This document shows positions 23,614 through 33,136 of a DNA stretch of 64,000 nucleotides, one piece after another. Each line of letters begins with the position of its first letter. Within the stretch, counting starts at the first letter, position 1. This stretch comes from Myxococcota bacterium (GTDB lineage: Bacteria; Myxococcota_A; Polyangia; Polyangiales; Houyiibacteriaceae): contig JBCCEA010000001.1 of NCBI GenBank assembly GCA_039030515.1, forward strand, positions 29,896-93,895. The letters run 5' to 3'. Below the pieces are notes generated by a model that searched no databases, had not been told where the DNA came from, and saw only the letters and a list, made by a program, of their open reading frames with translations. Made by a program: the position numbers and the translations under genes.

Positions 23614-24507
23614 GTGATGCGCGGCGTAGATGCCGACGACCGCAATGCTGAATCGGGCGATGCGGTGCAGGGCCAAGATGAAGACCGTTCCTCAGGCGGC
23701 TCCATACGGGTAGAGGGTTACGACGCCTCAAATCGGAGTGAGGTGCCGAGCACGGCCCCTTCAGAAACGCCCTCCTCCGGGCCTGCTTCTGCGATAGAGC
23801 CACGGGCCGACCGCGGTTGCGTGCTGCTCGTTGAAGGCACGATGCCCGTGCCCTATGCGTTTCGGAGTGTACTGGACGATGCCGGGTATGACGGCATTTC
23901 TGCCCTGGCGCCCGACGGAGGCCTTACACGCATGGTCGATCGTCTTCTGCCCGATACCATCGTTTTGATGCTGGCCGAGCAGGAGCCTCTACCGCTGGGT
24001 CTGAAAAGTGAGCTGCACAAGCTCATGGGCACCCCCTTGGTTTTGGCTGTCGACCGCTGCGGACCGAACTTGATTCAGCTTTTTGATTCCATCGGCGCGC
24101 TTGCGACGGTGGTGGTTCCCGGCAACGTGGAGCAGTTGCGCGCTTCGATACGCACGGCCTCAGCGTTGGCGAAACGGGTAGAGGCACCGGTGCGTGCGCC
24201 TCGTTTTCGGGAACGTGACGATCTCGAGCATGCCATCGATCGAGCGGTTGGGATCCTTCAAGCGGCCCGCTCAAGTGGAGGCTATGGAACCAAGCATGCC
24301 CCCGAATCGATGCTTACCCAACGCCTCACCGGACTTTCAGAACGCGAATGGGACGTGCTGCGTGCGCTTGGGGCCAACATGAGACCGAAGCGCATCGCGG
24401 AAGAACTGGGCATCAGCCTTTACACCGTCCGAAATCATCTGAAGTCGATTTACTCCAAAGTGGGCGTGCACTCTCAGCAAGAGCTGATCGATCTGCTCAA
24501 AGGTTGA
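23614..24507 (+). CDS. LuxR/FixJ-type HTH regulator with degenerate (Asp-less) receiver-like domain
   Basis: C-terminus LSEREWDVLRALGANMRPKRIAEELGISLYTVRNHLKSIYSKVGV. In the receiver-like region, LLVEG replaces the DD pair and VLMLAEQ replaces the phospho-acceptor D. Confidence 0.75.
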   Translation: MMRGVDADDRNAESGDAVQGQDEDRSSGGSIRVEGYDASNRSEVPSTAPSETPSSGPASAIEPRADRGCVLLVEGTMPVPYAFRSVLDDAGYDGISALAPDGGLTRMVDRLLPDTIVLMLAEQEPLPLGLKSELHKLMGTPLVLAVDRCGPNLIQLFDSIGALATVVVPGNVEQLRASIRTASALAKRVEAPVRAPRFRERDDLEHAIDRAVGILQAARSSGGYGTKHAPESMLTQRLTGLSEREWDVLRALGANMRPKRIAEELGISLYTVRNHLKSIYSKVGVHSQQELIDLLKG

Positions 24508-24556
24508 ATTCTACTGAGCCAACCTATCCATTCAGTGGCTAGTACTCATTGGATAC

Positions 24557-24626
24557 GACCCAGTGTCTATGACCCAGTGTCTATGACCCAGTGTCTATGA
24601 CCCAGTGTCTATGACCCAGCGACTAT
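24557..24626. repeat. 14-bp tandem repeat GACCCAGTGTCTAT, 4 perfect copies plus 1 degenerate
   Basis: Read directly between the convergent 3' ends of the luxR-type gene and flgG. Confidence 0.95.
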
Positions 24627-24645
24627 GACTCATCCCAATCGATCG

Positions 24646-25425
24646 TTACCGCGTGATGCGCTTGAGCATCTCATCAGCAGCTTCGATCACTTTTTGATTG
24701 ATGTCGTAGGCGCGCTGGCTGCTGATGAGGTCGATCATTTCGTTGACCACCTCGACATTGCTGCCCTCTAGAAATCCCTGGGCGATCGTGCCGAGTCCCT
24801 CTTGACCTGGGGTGGCGACGATGGGCTGACCGCTGGCGTCGGTCTGGTCGAATAGGCTTCTGCCTGTCGCGAGTAGACCTTGGGGGTTGGCAAAACCCGC
24901 CAGTTGAAGCCGACCTACTTCCTGTGCGTTGGGCTGTCCGGCTACCTGCACACTGATGGTGCCGTCTGCAGTGACGGTGATCGCGGTAGCATCCAATGGG
25001 ATGGTGATGTTGGGTTCGATGGCAAGACCGTCGACGGTGACCAGGTTCCCCTCCGCATCCGCGTGCAGATTCCCTGAGCGGGTGTAGGCCAGTTCTCCCG
25101 TGGGCCTTTGAACCTGAAAGTAGCCGTCACCTTCGATCGCCAGGTCCATGGGACCATCGGTCTGCTGCAGGCTGCCTTGGGAGTGAATGAGGGTCGTGGA
25201 GACGGTGCGCGTCCCCTGTCCGAGCTGCACGCCGGTGGGCAAAGTGCCCCCGTCTCCCGTCCGGCCCCCTGGTGCACGAACCGTTTGATAGACGAGGTCT
25301 TGAAACTCCGCTCGAGCACGGCGAAATCCGGTTGTATTGACGTTGGCCATGTTATTTGCGGTTACGTCGATATTGGTTTGCTGGGCAACCATCCCGGTTG
25401 CGGCTGTATTTAGGGCACGAAGCAT
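24646..25425 (-). CDS. flgG: flagellar distal rod protein
   Basis: MLRALNTAATGMVAQQTNIDVTANNMANVNTTGF and LISSQRAYDINQKVIEAADEMLKRI. Confidence 0.95.
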   Translation of the reverse strand: MLRALNTAATGMVAQQTNIDVTANNMANVNTTGFRRARAEFQDLVYQTVRAPGGRTGDGGTLPTGVQLGQGTRTVSTTLIHSQGSLQQTDGPMDLAIEGDGYFQVQRPTGELAYTRSGNLHADAEGNLVTVDGLAIEPNITIPLDATAITVTADGTISVQVAGQPNAQEVGRLQLAGFANPQGLLATGRSLFDQTDASGQPIVATPGQEGLGTIAQGFLEGSNVEVVNEMIDLISSQRAYDINQKVIEAADEMLKRITR

Positions 25426-25439
25426 AGGGTTCTCCTTGG

Positions 25440-26192
25440 TCAGCGAGCGGCGAGGTCGCGCGCGGCGCGTTCATCGATTTGTTTGAAGTTGTCGATGACT
25501 TTCTGAAAAGCATCGAATGCCCGGCTGGCCGTAATCAACTCGGTCATTCCCTGCACTGCATTCATATTGCTGGTTTCGAGAGAGCCCTGAACGACCTGAA
25601 CCTCTCCTGGCAAGACCGCAGGTAGTGGATCGGGCGCACGAAACAGGGTGAGTCCCTCTTTTTCCAGCTGCGCTAAGTCGAAGCGTACGATTCGTAGCCG
25701 ACCGACCTCAGCGCCGTCCGCGTGTATCGTGCCATCACTGCCGATTACGATTTCTGCAGCATCCTCGGGAATACGAATCTCGGCGGTTCTGGGATCGTTT
25801 GGATTTCCCTCCGCGGAAAGGACCTGATGACCGCCTGGAGAACGCAAAAGTCCCTCTGCGTCGGTACGAAAAGAACCGGCACGCGTATAGCGCACGCCCG
25901 CGTTTGTTTGCAGAGCGAACAAACCCTCTCCCTGTAGGGCGAGGTCTAAAGGAGCTCCCGTAGACTCGAGGGTACCGGGGGCCGCATCGATCCCGACCTC
26001 TGCGACCCCCACGTAGCGGAGCGGCTGCACCACGTCCGGATCGCCTGACGCGCCTGCAAGGGTCTCCCTAAAGGCGACTCGATCGGCGCGAAAGCCGGTG
26101 GTGCCCGCATTGGCGACGTTGTTGGCCACCACACTCAGGTTTCGCTCCTGAGCGATCGCTCCCGACAAAGCGCTATAGATACCGTCACTCAT
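25440..26192 (-). CDS. flgF: flagellar proximal rod protein
   Basis: IYSALSGAIAQERNLSVVANNVANAGTTGFR and LITASRAFDAFQKVIDNFKQID. Confidence 0.9.
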   Translation of the reverse strand: MSDGIYSALSGAIAQERNLSVVANNVANAGTTGFRADRVAFRETLAGASGDPDVVQPLRYVGVAEVGIDAAPGTLESTGAPLDLALQGEGLFALQTNAGVRYTRAGSFRTDAEGLLRSPGGHQVLSAEGNPNDPRTAEIRIPEDAAEIVIGSDGTIHADGAEVGRLRIVRFDLAQLEKEGLTLFRAPDPLPAVLPGEVQVVQGSLETSNMNAVQGMTELITASRAFDAFQKVIDNFKQIDERAARDLAAR

Positions 26193-26902
26193 TCTGAATC
26201 ACTCTTAATTCGTGAACGCAGCCGAGCGGTTGCCTCACCTAGGAGTTGACATATGCGGCTTTCGGTAACGTCGAGTATCTTACCTATCTCCGCCTGAGTG
26301 CATTCTTCTTGATAGTAGAGTGCCAGCACCAACTGAGTACGCTGAGGTAGCTTACCGATCGCAGATATCAGTTTTGAGTGCAGTCGTTCCTGTTCGAGTA
26401 GGCCTTCTGGATCTTTGCCGGCGTTGGCGATCTCATCGGGTTCGACTTCCCCAAGGCGTCCCAACGCTGGAGCTCGTGCCAAATGCTCCATAAGCTTTTG
26501 GAACTGCTCTAAGGGTATAGAAAGCCTTGCGGAGATCTCCTCCTCTGTCGGTTCTGTGCCGTATTCTTGTCTCAGCTCGCGAATGGTCTTTTCAACCTCT
26601 GCCATCCGTCTCCGCCCGTGTCGGGTCATCGGATCTGCCGCACGGAGCTCGTCGAGAATGGCTCCGCGGATTCGGGTGTCCGCATAGGGTTCGAAACGTG
26701 GATTTACTTTTTCGTCATAGGCGTTTACCGCCTTAAGCAGGCCCTCGGTTCCGGCAGATATCAAATCGTCCACCTCCACGTTGGGAGGCAGTCTACGCGC
26801 CATTCGAAACGCGATGCGTCGGACTCTGGTCAGGCCAACGCGAACCAACTCGTCTCGTTTGGACTCTCGACCGTAGACCTTATGTACTGCGTGGCCTAAC
26901 AC
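26189..26902 (-). CDS. fliA: flagellar sigma-28 factor
   Basis: Region 2 VEVDDLISAGTEGLLKAVNAYD and region 4 TQAEIGKILDVTESRICQLLGEATARLR. Sits after flhG. Confidence 0.9.
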   Translation of the reverse strand: MLGHAVHKVYGRESKRDELVRVGLTRVRRIAFRMARRLPPNVEVDDLISAGTEGLLKAVNAYDEKVNPRFEPYADTRIRGAILDELRAADPMTRHGRRRMAEVEKTIRELRQEYGTEPTEEEISARLSIPLEQFQKLMEHLARAPALGRLGEVEPDEIANAGKDPEGLLEQERLHSKLISAIGKLPQRTQLVLALYYQEECTQAEIGKILDVTESRICQLLGEATARLRSRIKSDSE

Positions 26903-27759
26903 ATTTGCCTCGGTGTCGACGGCAGAGGTAATAGTCTTCGCACGATCGTTTCGATGGCGCGTGCCGCTACTCCAGATGCTGCACCCAGCACAAATGGGGT
27001 TCCGCTTGAAACGGCCTCTCGTACTTTTTCATCTCGAGGAATGGAACCGAGATACTTCATTTCAAGAGTCAAAAACCTGCGGACGATCCCATCGATGCGG
27101 TCGTAGAGCGCAGCGCCCTCAGCATCGTTGACTACTTGGTTGGCGACGACTTGAATTCGGTCGAGTCCAGCGCGCCGGTGCAGCACTTTCGCCATGGCGT
27201 AGGCGTCCCGCAGCGAAGTCGGATCCGGGGTGCATACCAGGAACACCTCGTCTGCGTAGGCTGCAAAGTCGACCGCATTGCTTCCAATTCCTGCGCCGGT
27301 GTCGATGACGAGCACATCGAACCCTTCGGCTACTTCTTCTACCGCCTCTATGAGCGCCCGGCGTTCCTTGGTTCCAATATTGGCCATCTCGTATCGGCCA
27401 GGGCAGGCTGGAATCAGTTTTACTCCGCACGGTCCTTCGATGAGGATATCTCCTATTTTGCATTGTCCGCTAAGAACCGAGCGCAAGTCGTTTACGGGCT
27501 GCAGGCCAAGTGCAAGGTCTAGACTCGCGAGGCCGAGGTCCGCATCTAAGAGAAGTACTGAAAGTTCACCCTGTTTCGCCAGCGCTACACCTACGTTGGC
27601 GGAAACCTGGGTTTTCCCCACGCCTCCCTTACCACTGGTGACCGCAATCGTGAGTGGACCGCCATCGCCTCGGTGGAAGTTGATTTTGGTGCGTCCTTCG
27701 TCTTTGCTGTCGTCTTTGACGACTCGAAGCCCCGCCGCCTGATCAGATAGCCGTTGCAT
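26896..27759 (-). CDS. flhG: MinD/ParA-type flagellar number regulator ATPase
   Basis: Deviant Walker A TSGKGGVGKT. Follows flhF. Confidence 0.9.
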   Translation of the reverse strand: MQRLSDQAAGLRVVKDDSKDEGRTKINFHRGDGGPLTIAVTSGKGGVGKTQVSANVGVALAKQGELSVLLLDADLGLASLDLALGLQPVNDLRSVLSGQCKIGDILIEGPCGVKLIPACPGRYEMANIGTKERRALIEAVEEVAEGFDVLVIDTGAGIGSNAVDFAAYADEVFLVCTPDPTSLRDAYAMAKVLHRRAGLDRIQVVANQVVNDAEGAALYDRIDGIVRRFLTLEMKYLGSIPRDEKVREAVSSGTPFVLGAASGVAARAIETIVRRLLPLPSTPRQMC

Positions 27760-27761
27760 TG

Positions 27762-28745
27762 CTACAGTTCCTCCCCCGACAAGAGACTTGCCAAACGCTC
27801 CGCAGATGCTGTTTCGATGTCCTCAGGAACTCTCTGACCGATAGTGAAGTACGAAAAGGGTAGTCCAGAGAGTACCTGAGCCTCGATGATCGAGCCGTGA
27901 AGAAGCGCTTCATCCAATTTTGTACACAAGAGTTTCAATGGTCGAAGAACCGCATGACGGTCAATACAGGCAGAGAGCTCATGATCTCGCATACCGGCAG
28001 TCATGCAGAGATGAACTTCCACCGGCTCCTGAACTCGCTGCAAGGTCTCTGCCATTTCTGCGAGTGCCACTCTGTCTTTTGGAGAGCGGCCTGCGGTATC
28101 GACCAACACCAGGTCCGCGCCTTCCAATCGACGTAGCGCGATCTCAAGCGAGGAGGAGTCATGCGCTATTTCCATAGGAACTCCGATTAGATCGGCGTAC
28201 CTCTCGAGCTGCTCGGCTCCTCCAACTCGGTACTGGTCGATGGTGATCAGTCCAACCTGTTTGTCGTGGATGAGGGATTGTTGCGCCGCTAGCTTTGCAA
28301 TCGTTGTCGTTTTTCCGACACCTGTGGGACCTACGAGCGCCAAGACTCTGGCGCTTTCCTTTCGGATCGGTCCGTCAAACTGCATCTCAAGCGCGAGTGC
28401 TGCCTCGAGCGACGGTCGAGCGAGTCCCATGGACAGCGGCTCGCCTTCTTCCCGCTGTCGTACGATGGTCGATAGGGCGCGTGCAGCGGTTGGAGGAACG
28501 CCCGCCCGTACTAGCTCGCTTTCGACCATCCCGCTGGCGTGTCTGTGACGCGTGTTGGGTCGACTCGGCGTGATCCCTAGGTTGAGTGCAACTTTCTCGC
28601 TCACCGCTTTGACCTCGATCTGGGAGGGTCCCAATGGGTCTCCCGGGACTTGGCGCGAAGAAAGGATGATCGCATCGGGGCCTAGTTCTTTTTTTACGTG
28701 AGCCAGTACTTCCTCAAAGCGTCTTGCTCGAAATACGCGTTCCAT
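27762..28745 (-). CDS. flhF: SRP-type GTPase for flagellar placement
   Basis: LALVGPTGVGKTTTIAKLAA, LVDTAGRS and CTKLDE motifs. Confidence 0.9.
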   Translation of the reverse strand: MERVFRARRFEEVLAHVKKELGPDAIILSSRQVPGDPLGPSQIEVKAVSEKVALNLGITPSRPNTRHRHASGMVESELVRAGVPPTAARALSTIVRQREEGEPLSMGLARPSLEAALALEMQFDGPIRKESARVLALVGPTGVGKTTTIAKLAAQQSLIHDKQVGLITIDQYRVGGAEQLERYADLIGVPMEIAHDSSSLEIALRRLEGADLVLVDTAGRSPKDRVALAEMAETLQRVQEPVEVHLCMTAGMRDHELSACIDRHAVLRPLKLLCTKLDEALLHGSIIEAQVLSGLPFSYFTIGQRVPEDIETASAERLASLLSGEEL

Positions 28746-28772
28746 CGCTTCATTTGCTCCTTGTAAAAGGCA

Positions 28773-30821
28773 CTAAGATCGGATCACCCCGAGGTTTCGC
28801 ACGGTGGTTTTGGGTTCGATTTCACGATAAGAAAGAACAGACAAACCCGGTATGCGCCGAGTTAGAAAGTCCGACACTCTGCATCGCACATCAGGTGCAC
28901 ATACAACTACCGGAGGAGTGTTCACCCCGGCAAACGCTCGGGCAGCCTGGTCGAGAGAAGAGAGAATGCGCTGCGATGCGCCAGCGTCCGGACCTCCAGA
29001 GCGAAACGCTTCTTCCGCTCTTGGATCCAGTACTAGGGCGGCGACCGCCCCATCCTCACCACGAAACCTCTCGGTGATGTGTCGTGCAAGGCGTGCTCGA
29101 ACTCGCTCGCATAGCTCGGCGGGATCTTTGACGTCTCGAGCATGGTCGGCTAGCGCTTCAAGAATGGTTCTTAGATCCCTTATGGAGACCGACTCCGACA
29201 AGAGATTTCGCATCACCTGAATGACTTGGCCGAGTGGAAGTAGATTGGGAATCAGCTCGTCTACGAGCTGCGGCTGGGTCTTTGCGAAGAGGTCGATGAT
29301 CTCCTGAGCTTCGCTTCGGCCGAGAAGTTCCGGGGCGATGGAGCGCAGCAGTTCCGTGAGGTGGGTGGCGCCTACGGTGGCGGCGTCGACCACCGTGTAT
29401 CCAAGTGCCTCGGCGTTGTCCCGTTCTGAAGGCGAAACCCATTGCGCCATCAGTCCAAAGGCGGGCTCTCGAATCTTTTCGCCCTTGAGCGCGGGAAGAT
29501 TGCCGGCGGGGTCCATAGCCAAGAACTGACCAGGCCGGAGCGACCCCTTGCCGACCTCGTTGCCCGAGAGGAGCAGCCGGTAACCGTTGGACTCGAGGCG
29601 AAGGTTGTCTCGAATATGAATGGACGGGATGATCACTCCGAGTTCGGCAGCCAAGTTGCGACGGATCGCGGTGATGCGTTCCACGAGCTCGCCGCCTTTT
29701 TCCGAATCGACGAGAGGTACGAGTTGAAAACCTACCTCCAGTTCCAGCAGGTCGACCGGCAACATTCGCTCGATCTTTTCTCGTTCGGAAGGCTCGACCA
29801 GTTCTCCTTCTTCGGTGGGACCCGCTTCTCCCTCCTTATCGTAGTCTTTGAAACGCTCCGATTGACGCGCTCCATAGCCCAGCGCTCCTGCCAGTAGAAA
29901 GAAAGGCAGCACCGGCATTCCCGGAAGTAGTCCTACAAAGCCAAGTACGCCTGAGGCGAGGTACAGCGCGTTGCCCTGCTGGCCGAACTGCCGCAGAAGT
30001 GCAGGGCCAAGAGCAGCTCCGGCAGCAGCGCGGGTGACGACAACACCTGCTGCAGTAGACACGAGCAGTGCAGGAATCTGAGAGCCGAGTCCATCGCCGA
30101 CCGTGAGTATGGTGTACGTTGAGGCTGCATCTGATGCGCTTAAATCGTTCTGGACGATTCCAACAATGAACCCAACCACGATATTGATCGCGGTCATGAG
30201 CAGACCTGCTACCGCGTCTCCTCGAACGAACTTGCTGGCTCCATCCATCGCACCGAAGAAGTCGGCTTCCTGACCGATCTCTTTTCTTCGGTCTCGCGCC
30301 TCATCTTGGGTCAAAGCGCCAGATGCCAAGTCGGCATCGATAGCCATCTGTTTGCCTGGAAGTGCATCCAAGGTAAAGCGAGCACTCACTTCAGCGACTC
30401 TGCCGGCGCCTTTGGTGATCACCACAAAGTTGATGATCACGAGCAGAATGAAGACGGTTCCACCGACTAGATAGTTGCCTCCAATGATGAACTCTCCAAA
30501 TGCCCGGATCACGTTCCCCGCTGCGGCTGTACCCGAGTGTCCCTCCAGCAAGATCAGCCGAGTTGAAGCGACATTTAGCGCCAGGCGCAAAAGCGTCGAG
30601 AAGAGCAAGATGCTGGGAAAAGCAGAAAGGTCTAGCGGCTTGTCGAGATGGATGCTGATGAGAAGCAGTGCGACCGAAAGAGCGATCGAGGAGGCGAGCA
30701 GGAGATCGAGAATGACCGCAGGCAGTGGAACGACCATGAGGAGCACGATGCCCACCAGAATCAAGGGAACGATCGACGCAACCATTTGAGGTCCTCGCAG
30801 AATACGCATGACGTCGTTCAT
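28773..30821 (-). CDS. flhA: flagellar type III export apparatus protein
   Basis: FPSILLFSTLLRLALNVASTRLIL, GAMDGASKFVRGDA. 682 aa. Confidence 0.95.
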   Translation of the reverse strand: MNDVMRILRGPQMVASIVPLILVGIVLLMVVPLPAVILDLLLASSIALSVALLLISIHLDKPLDLSAFPSILLFSTLLRLALNVASTRLILLEGHSGTAAAGNVIRAFGEFIIGGNYLVGGTVFILLVIINFVVITKGAGRVAEVSARFTLDALPGKQMAIDADLASGALTQDEARDRRKEIGQEADFFGAMDGASKFVRGDAVAGLLMTAINIVVGFIVGIVQNDLSASDAASTYTILTVGDGLGSQIPALLVSTAAGVVVTRAAAGAALGPALLRQFGQQGNALYLASGVLGFVGLLPGMPVLPFFLLAGALGYGARQSERFKDYDKEGEAGPTEEGELVEPSEREKIERMLPVDLLELEVGFQLVPLVDSEKGGELVERITAIRRNLAAELGVIIPSIHIRDNLRLESNGYRLLLSGNEVGKGSLRPGQFLAMDPAGNLPALKGEKIREPAFGLMAQWVSPSERDNAEALGYTVVDAATVGATHLTELLRSIAPELLGRSEAQEIIDLFAKTQPQLVDELIPNLLPLGQVIQVMRNLLSESVSIRDLRTILEALADHARDVKDPAELCERVRARLARHITERFRGEDGAVAALVLDPRAEEAFRSGGPDAGASQRILSSLDQAARAFAGVNTPPVVVCAPDVRCRVSDFLTRRIPGLSVLSYREIEPKTTVRNLGVIRS

Positions 30822-31873
30822 CAGATTTGACCCTTCAGTCTCAACACGTGAGCGATGATTGCAGCAACAGACTCATAGAGTTCGACGGGAATAGGCTGGC
30901 CGACCTTGACGTCTCTATACATGGCGCGCGCAACTGGTTTGTTCTCGAGTATCGGTATTCCGCGTTTGCGAGCTTTTTCCCGCATCTTCATGGCAACGTT
31001 GTCCACGCCTTTTGCAATGACGATCGGTGCAGTATCTCCACCAGATTCATAACGAAGAGCGATCGAGATATGGGTTGGATTGGTCACCAAGCAGGTGGCT
31101 TTTTCCACATCGGCGACAGCCCTGCGGTTGGCGGCTTCGCGCTGCTTCCGGCGTCGTTTTCCCCGTAGATGCGGATCTCCCTCTGCCTCCTTATGTTCGT
31201 CTTTGACCTCCTGCTTGCTCATCTTGTTGTCGTCAGCGAACTTTTTGCGGTTGTACCACCAGTCAAACGCAGCGATCAGGGCGAACGCGATGCTCCCCTG
31301 TATTGCCACCTGCCCTGCAACCGAAAGCACCATCGATGCTCCGGTGATCGGCTGAGTTGCAGCAAGCATGGCAAATGCTGGGGTAGCTTCTGCGACGAGC
31401 CGGAATACCACTGCGCCCAAGAGAAGGAGTTTGGTCATCTGCTTGAGCAGTTCGATGGCACTCTCTTTACCTGGGAGAATCTTTTTTAGCTGAGGTATTG
31501 GATTAAAGCGCTCAGGCTTTGGCATCAGTGGTTTGAAGCTGAAAAACCAGCGCGTTTGGAGTATCCCGGAGATCACCGCTGCGAGCATGGTGAGTATCAC
31601 AAAGGGCAGTAGAGTCCTTTGGAGCACACTCATCGCTGAGGCAAGAGCGAGTGCGGGATTGTCGACGAATTCGAATCGAAACATTCGTGTAGAGAAACCA
31701 TGGAGTCCAAGCCAGAGAGAGTCGCCGAGCAAAGCGATGCATATGCATCCGGTGATCAGAACGACAGCGGCGCCGATGTCGGCACTCTTTGCTATTTTGC
31801 CTTCTTCGCGCAGTTTCGCTTTGCGCTTCGCTGATGCTTCTTCTGTTTTTGAGGATTTGTCTTGCTCGGCCAC
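30821..31873 (-). CDS. flhB: flagellar type III export switch protein
   Basis: DKSSKTEEASAKRKAKLREEGKIAKS and the autocleavage motif VTNPTHISIAL. GTG start with AAGGAAGG 5 nt upstream. Confidence 0.95.
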   Translation of the reverse strand: MAEQDKSSKTEEASAKRKAKLREEGKIAKSADIGAAVVLITGCICIALLGDSLWLGLHGFSTRMFRFEFVDNPALALASAMSVLQRTLLPFVILTMLAAVISGILQTRWFFSFKPLMPKPERFNPIPQLKKILPGKESAIELLKQMTKLLLLGAVVFRLVAEATPAFAMLAATQPITGASMVLSVAGQVAIQGSIAFALIAAFDWWYNRKKFADDNKMSKQEVKDEHKEAEGDPHLRGKRRRKQREAANRRAVADVEKATCLVTNPTHISIALRYESGGDTAPIVIAKGVDNVAMKMREKARKRGIPILENKPVARAMYRDVKVGQPIPVELYESVAAIIAHVLRLKGQI

Positions 31874-31912
31874 TACGGCCTTCCTTTTCGGACCACGGTT
31901 GCTTTCTGGATG

Positions 31913-31928
31913 TGCAGCGAATATGCCA
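31913..31928 (-). promoter_or_regulatory. sigma-54 promoter TGGCAT-attcg-cTGCA upstream of flhB
   Basis: The minus strand reads aaTGGCATattcgcTGCAcatcc. The -12 GC lies 40 nt upstream of GTG 31873, so the predicted leader is about 29 nt and carries the SD. Confidence 0.5.
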
Positions 31929-32037
31929 TTCCAGTTAGGTGACCTATTCGGTGCGAGGTGCGGGTACGGCTCTTTACTTGATCAGAAAAATCCCACTCAA
32001 GGTGTGACTCAATTCGCCCGATCGTAAGGAAAAATAG

Positions 32038-32065
32038 CGATTTTGATTTTCGCTACACTTCAGTA
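32038..32065 (-). terminator. weak intrinsic terminator-like hairpin (TAGCGA-N9-TCGCTA followed by T5 on the minus strand) between fliR and flhB
   Basis: Read directly. The stem is only 6 bp and AT-rich, so confidence is low. Confidence 0.3.
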
Positions 32066-32204
32066 GTTGCAGGGTATTGTGCTGCATTTTGATCGACATG
32101 CTCGTCAGTCGTCGTGCACGTTGACGTCACCGCACTGACATTTGAAGGCCCAACTTTGACGAGATGAAGCAGGGGGCGAGGTGCAGCCTCGGTTCGGTTA
32201 CCTC

Positions 32205-32240
32205 TTGATTTCAGCGCCGTGATTGATTTCAGCGCCGTGG
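32205..32240. repeat. 18-bp tandem duplication TTGATTTCAGCGCCGTGA/G, 2 copies
   Basis: Read directly, about 45 nt 3' of the fliR stop. Confidence 0.9.
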
Positions 32241-32285
32241 GCCATGAAGGCGCTGGACTTGTCTTCGCTCTGAATTAACCGGGGG

Positions 32286-33071
32286 CTAGGCTCCTCGGAG
32301 CGCTCGGAGAATCTCGTAGGGCAGTCCTTGAATTTGAACCCCGATCGCGGTCGCAATGCTTGATGCTGCGATGTACAGGGTAAGCAGGCCGGCGGCGGTG
32401 GCGATTGCAAAGCTCATGGCAAAGATCTGCACGCGAGGGGCGGCGCGAGAGGCAAGTCCTGTGCCCAGCTGTACGATAAACATGGTCGCCACGACTGGCG
32501 CGGCGATGCGTAGCGCCTGGGTAATCATTTGAGTCGAAACCCGCAGGACGCCGCCGGAGGCAAATGTAGCGAAGGTGTTGCCGGGCGGAGCGAGGACGAT
32601 ACTCGCCTGGAGCGCTTCGAGCACGACATGATGCCCTGAGAGCACCAGAAAGATGACGACTGCGAGAATGTTGAATATGCGGCTGGTAGGAAGATTGGTT
32701 TCTCCGAAGGTCGGATCGATGCTCGTTGCAAATCCAAGACCCATGGAAAAGCCGGCTGCCGTACCCGCAATCTCCGTTGCCGCAAATACGCAGCGTACAG
32801 TGAGTCCAATGAGCATGCCGATCAGCATTTCTCCCAGTCCTCCTCGCAGTAGCGCGATGACGTTGATGGAAAAAGAGTCGGTAAGATGCATATTGGGAAG
32901 AGTCAGCGCCCATGCAACAAAAAGACCGATCGCCATCCTTATCTGTACGGGAGTCGTGCTGCCGAAAGGTGCTGGGAGCAGCGCTAGAGTGACCCCGACG
33001 CGAATCGCTATCAGCATCATCAGTGGAGCGAAGTGAAGAAATGCAGAGCTCAATTCTAAGCTATCGCGCAT
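32286..33071 (-). CDS. fliR: flagellar export apparatus protein
   Basis: Starting at ATG 33071 (MRDSLELSSAFLHFAPLMMLIAIRVG) gives a 261-aa polytopic protein. The longer ORF to 33365 would overlap fliQ. Confidence 0.9.
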   Translation of the reverse strand: MRDSLELSSAFLHFAPLMMLIAIRVGVTLALLPAPFGSTTPVQIRMAIGLFVAWALTLPNMHLTDSFSINVIALLRGGLGEMLIGMLIGLTVRCVFAATEIAGTAAGFSMGLGFATSIDPTFGETNLPTSRIFNILAVVIFLVLSGHHVVLEALQASIVLAPPGNTFATFASGGVLRVSTQMITQALRIAAPVVATMFIVQLGTGLASRAAPRVQIFAMSFAIATAAGLLTLYIAASSIATAIGVQIQGLPYEILRALRGA

Positions 33072-33136
33072 GGCTTCTCGAGGCATCGATCTTTGACTGG
33101 TTCGGCGCGGCAGATCGCAGTCATCGGATCGAGGCG

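Noticed and set aside
24557-24626. Short tandem arrays (24557, 41974, 59367) as possible CRISPR arrays.
   Set aside because: The repeats are contiguous with no spacers, units are only 14-15 bp, and no cas genes are present.
31960-32000. A second sigma-54-like element cAGCACaataccCTGCA in the fliR-flhB gap.
   Set aside because: The GG dinucleotide is absent (AG) and the GC spacing is off by one. The TGGCAT-N5-cTGCA element at 31913-31928 is much better.
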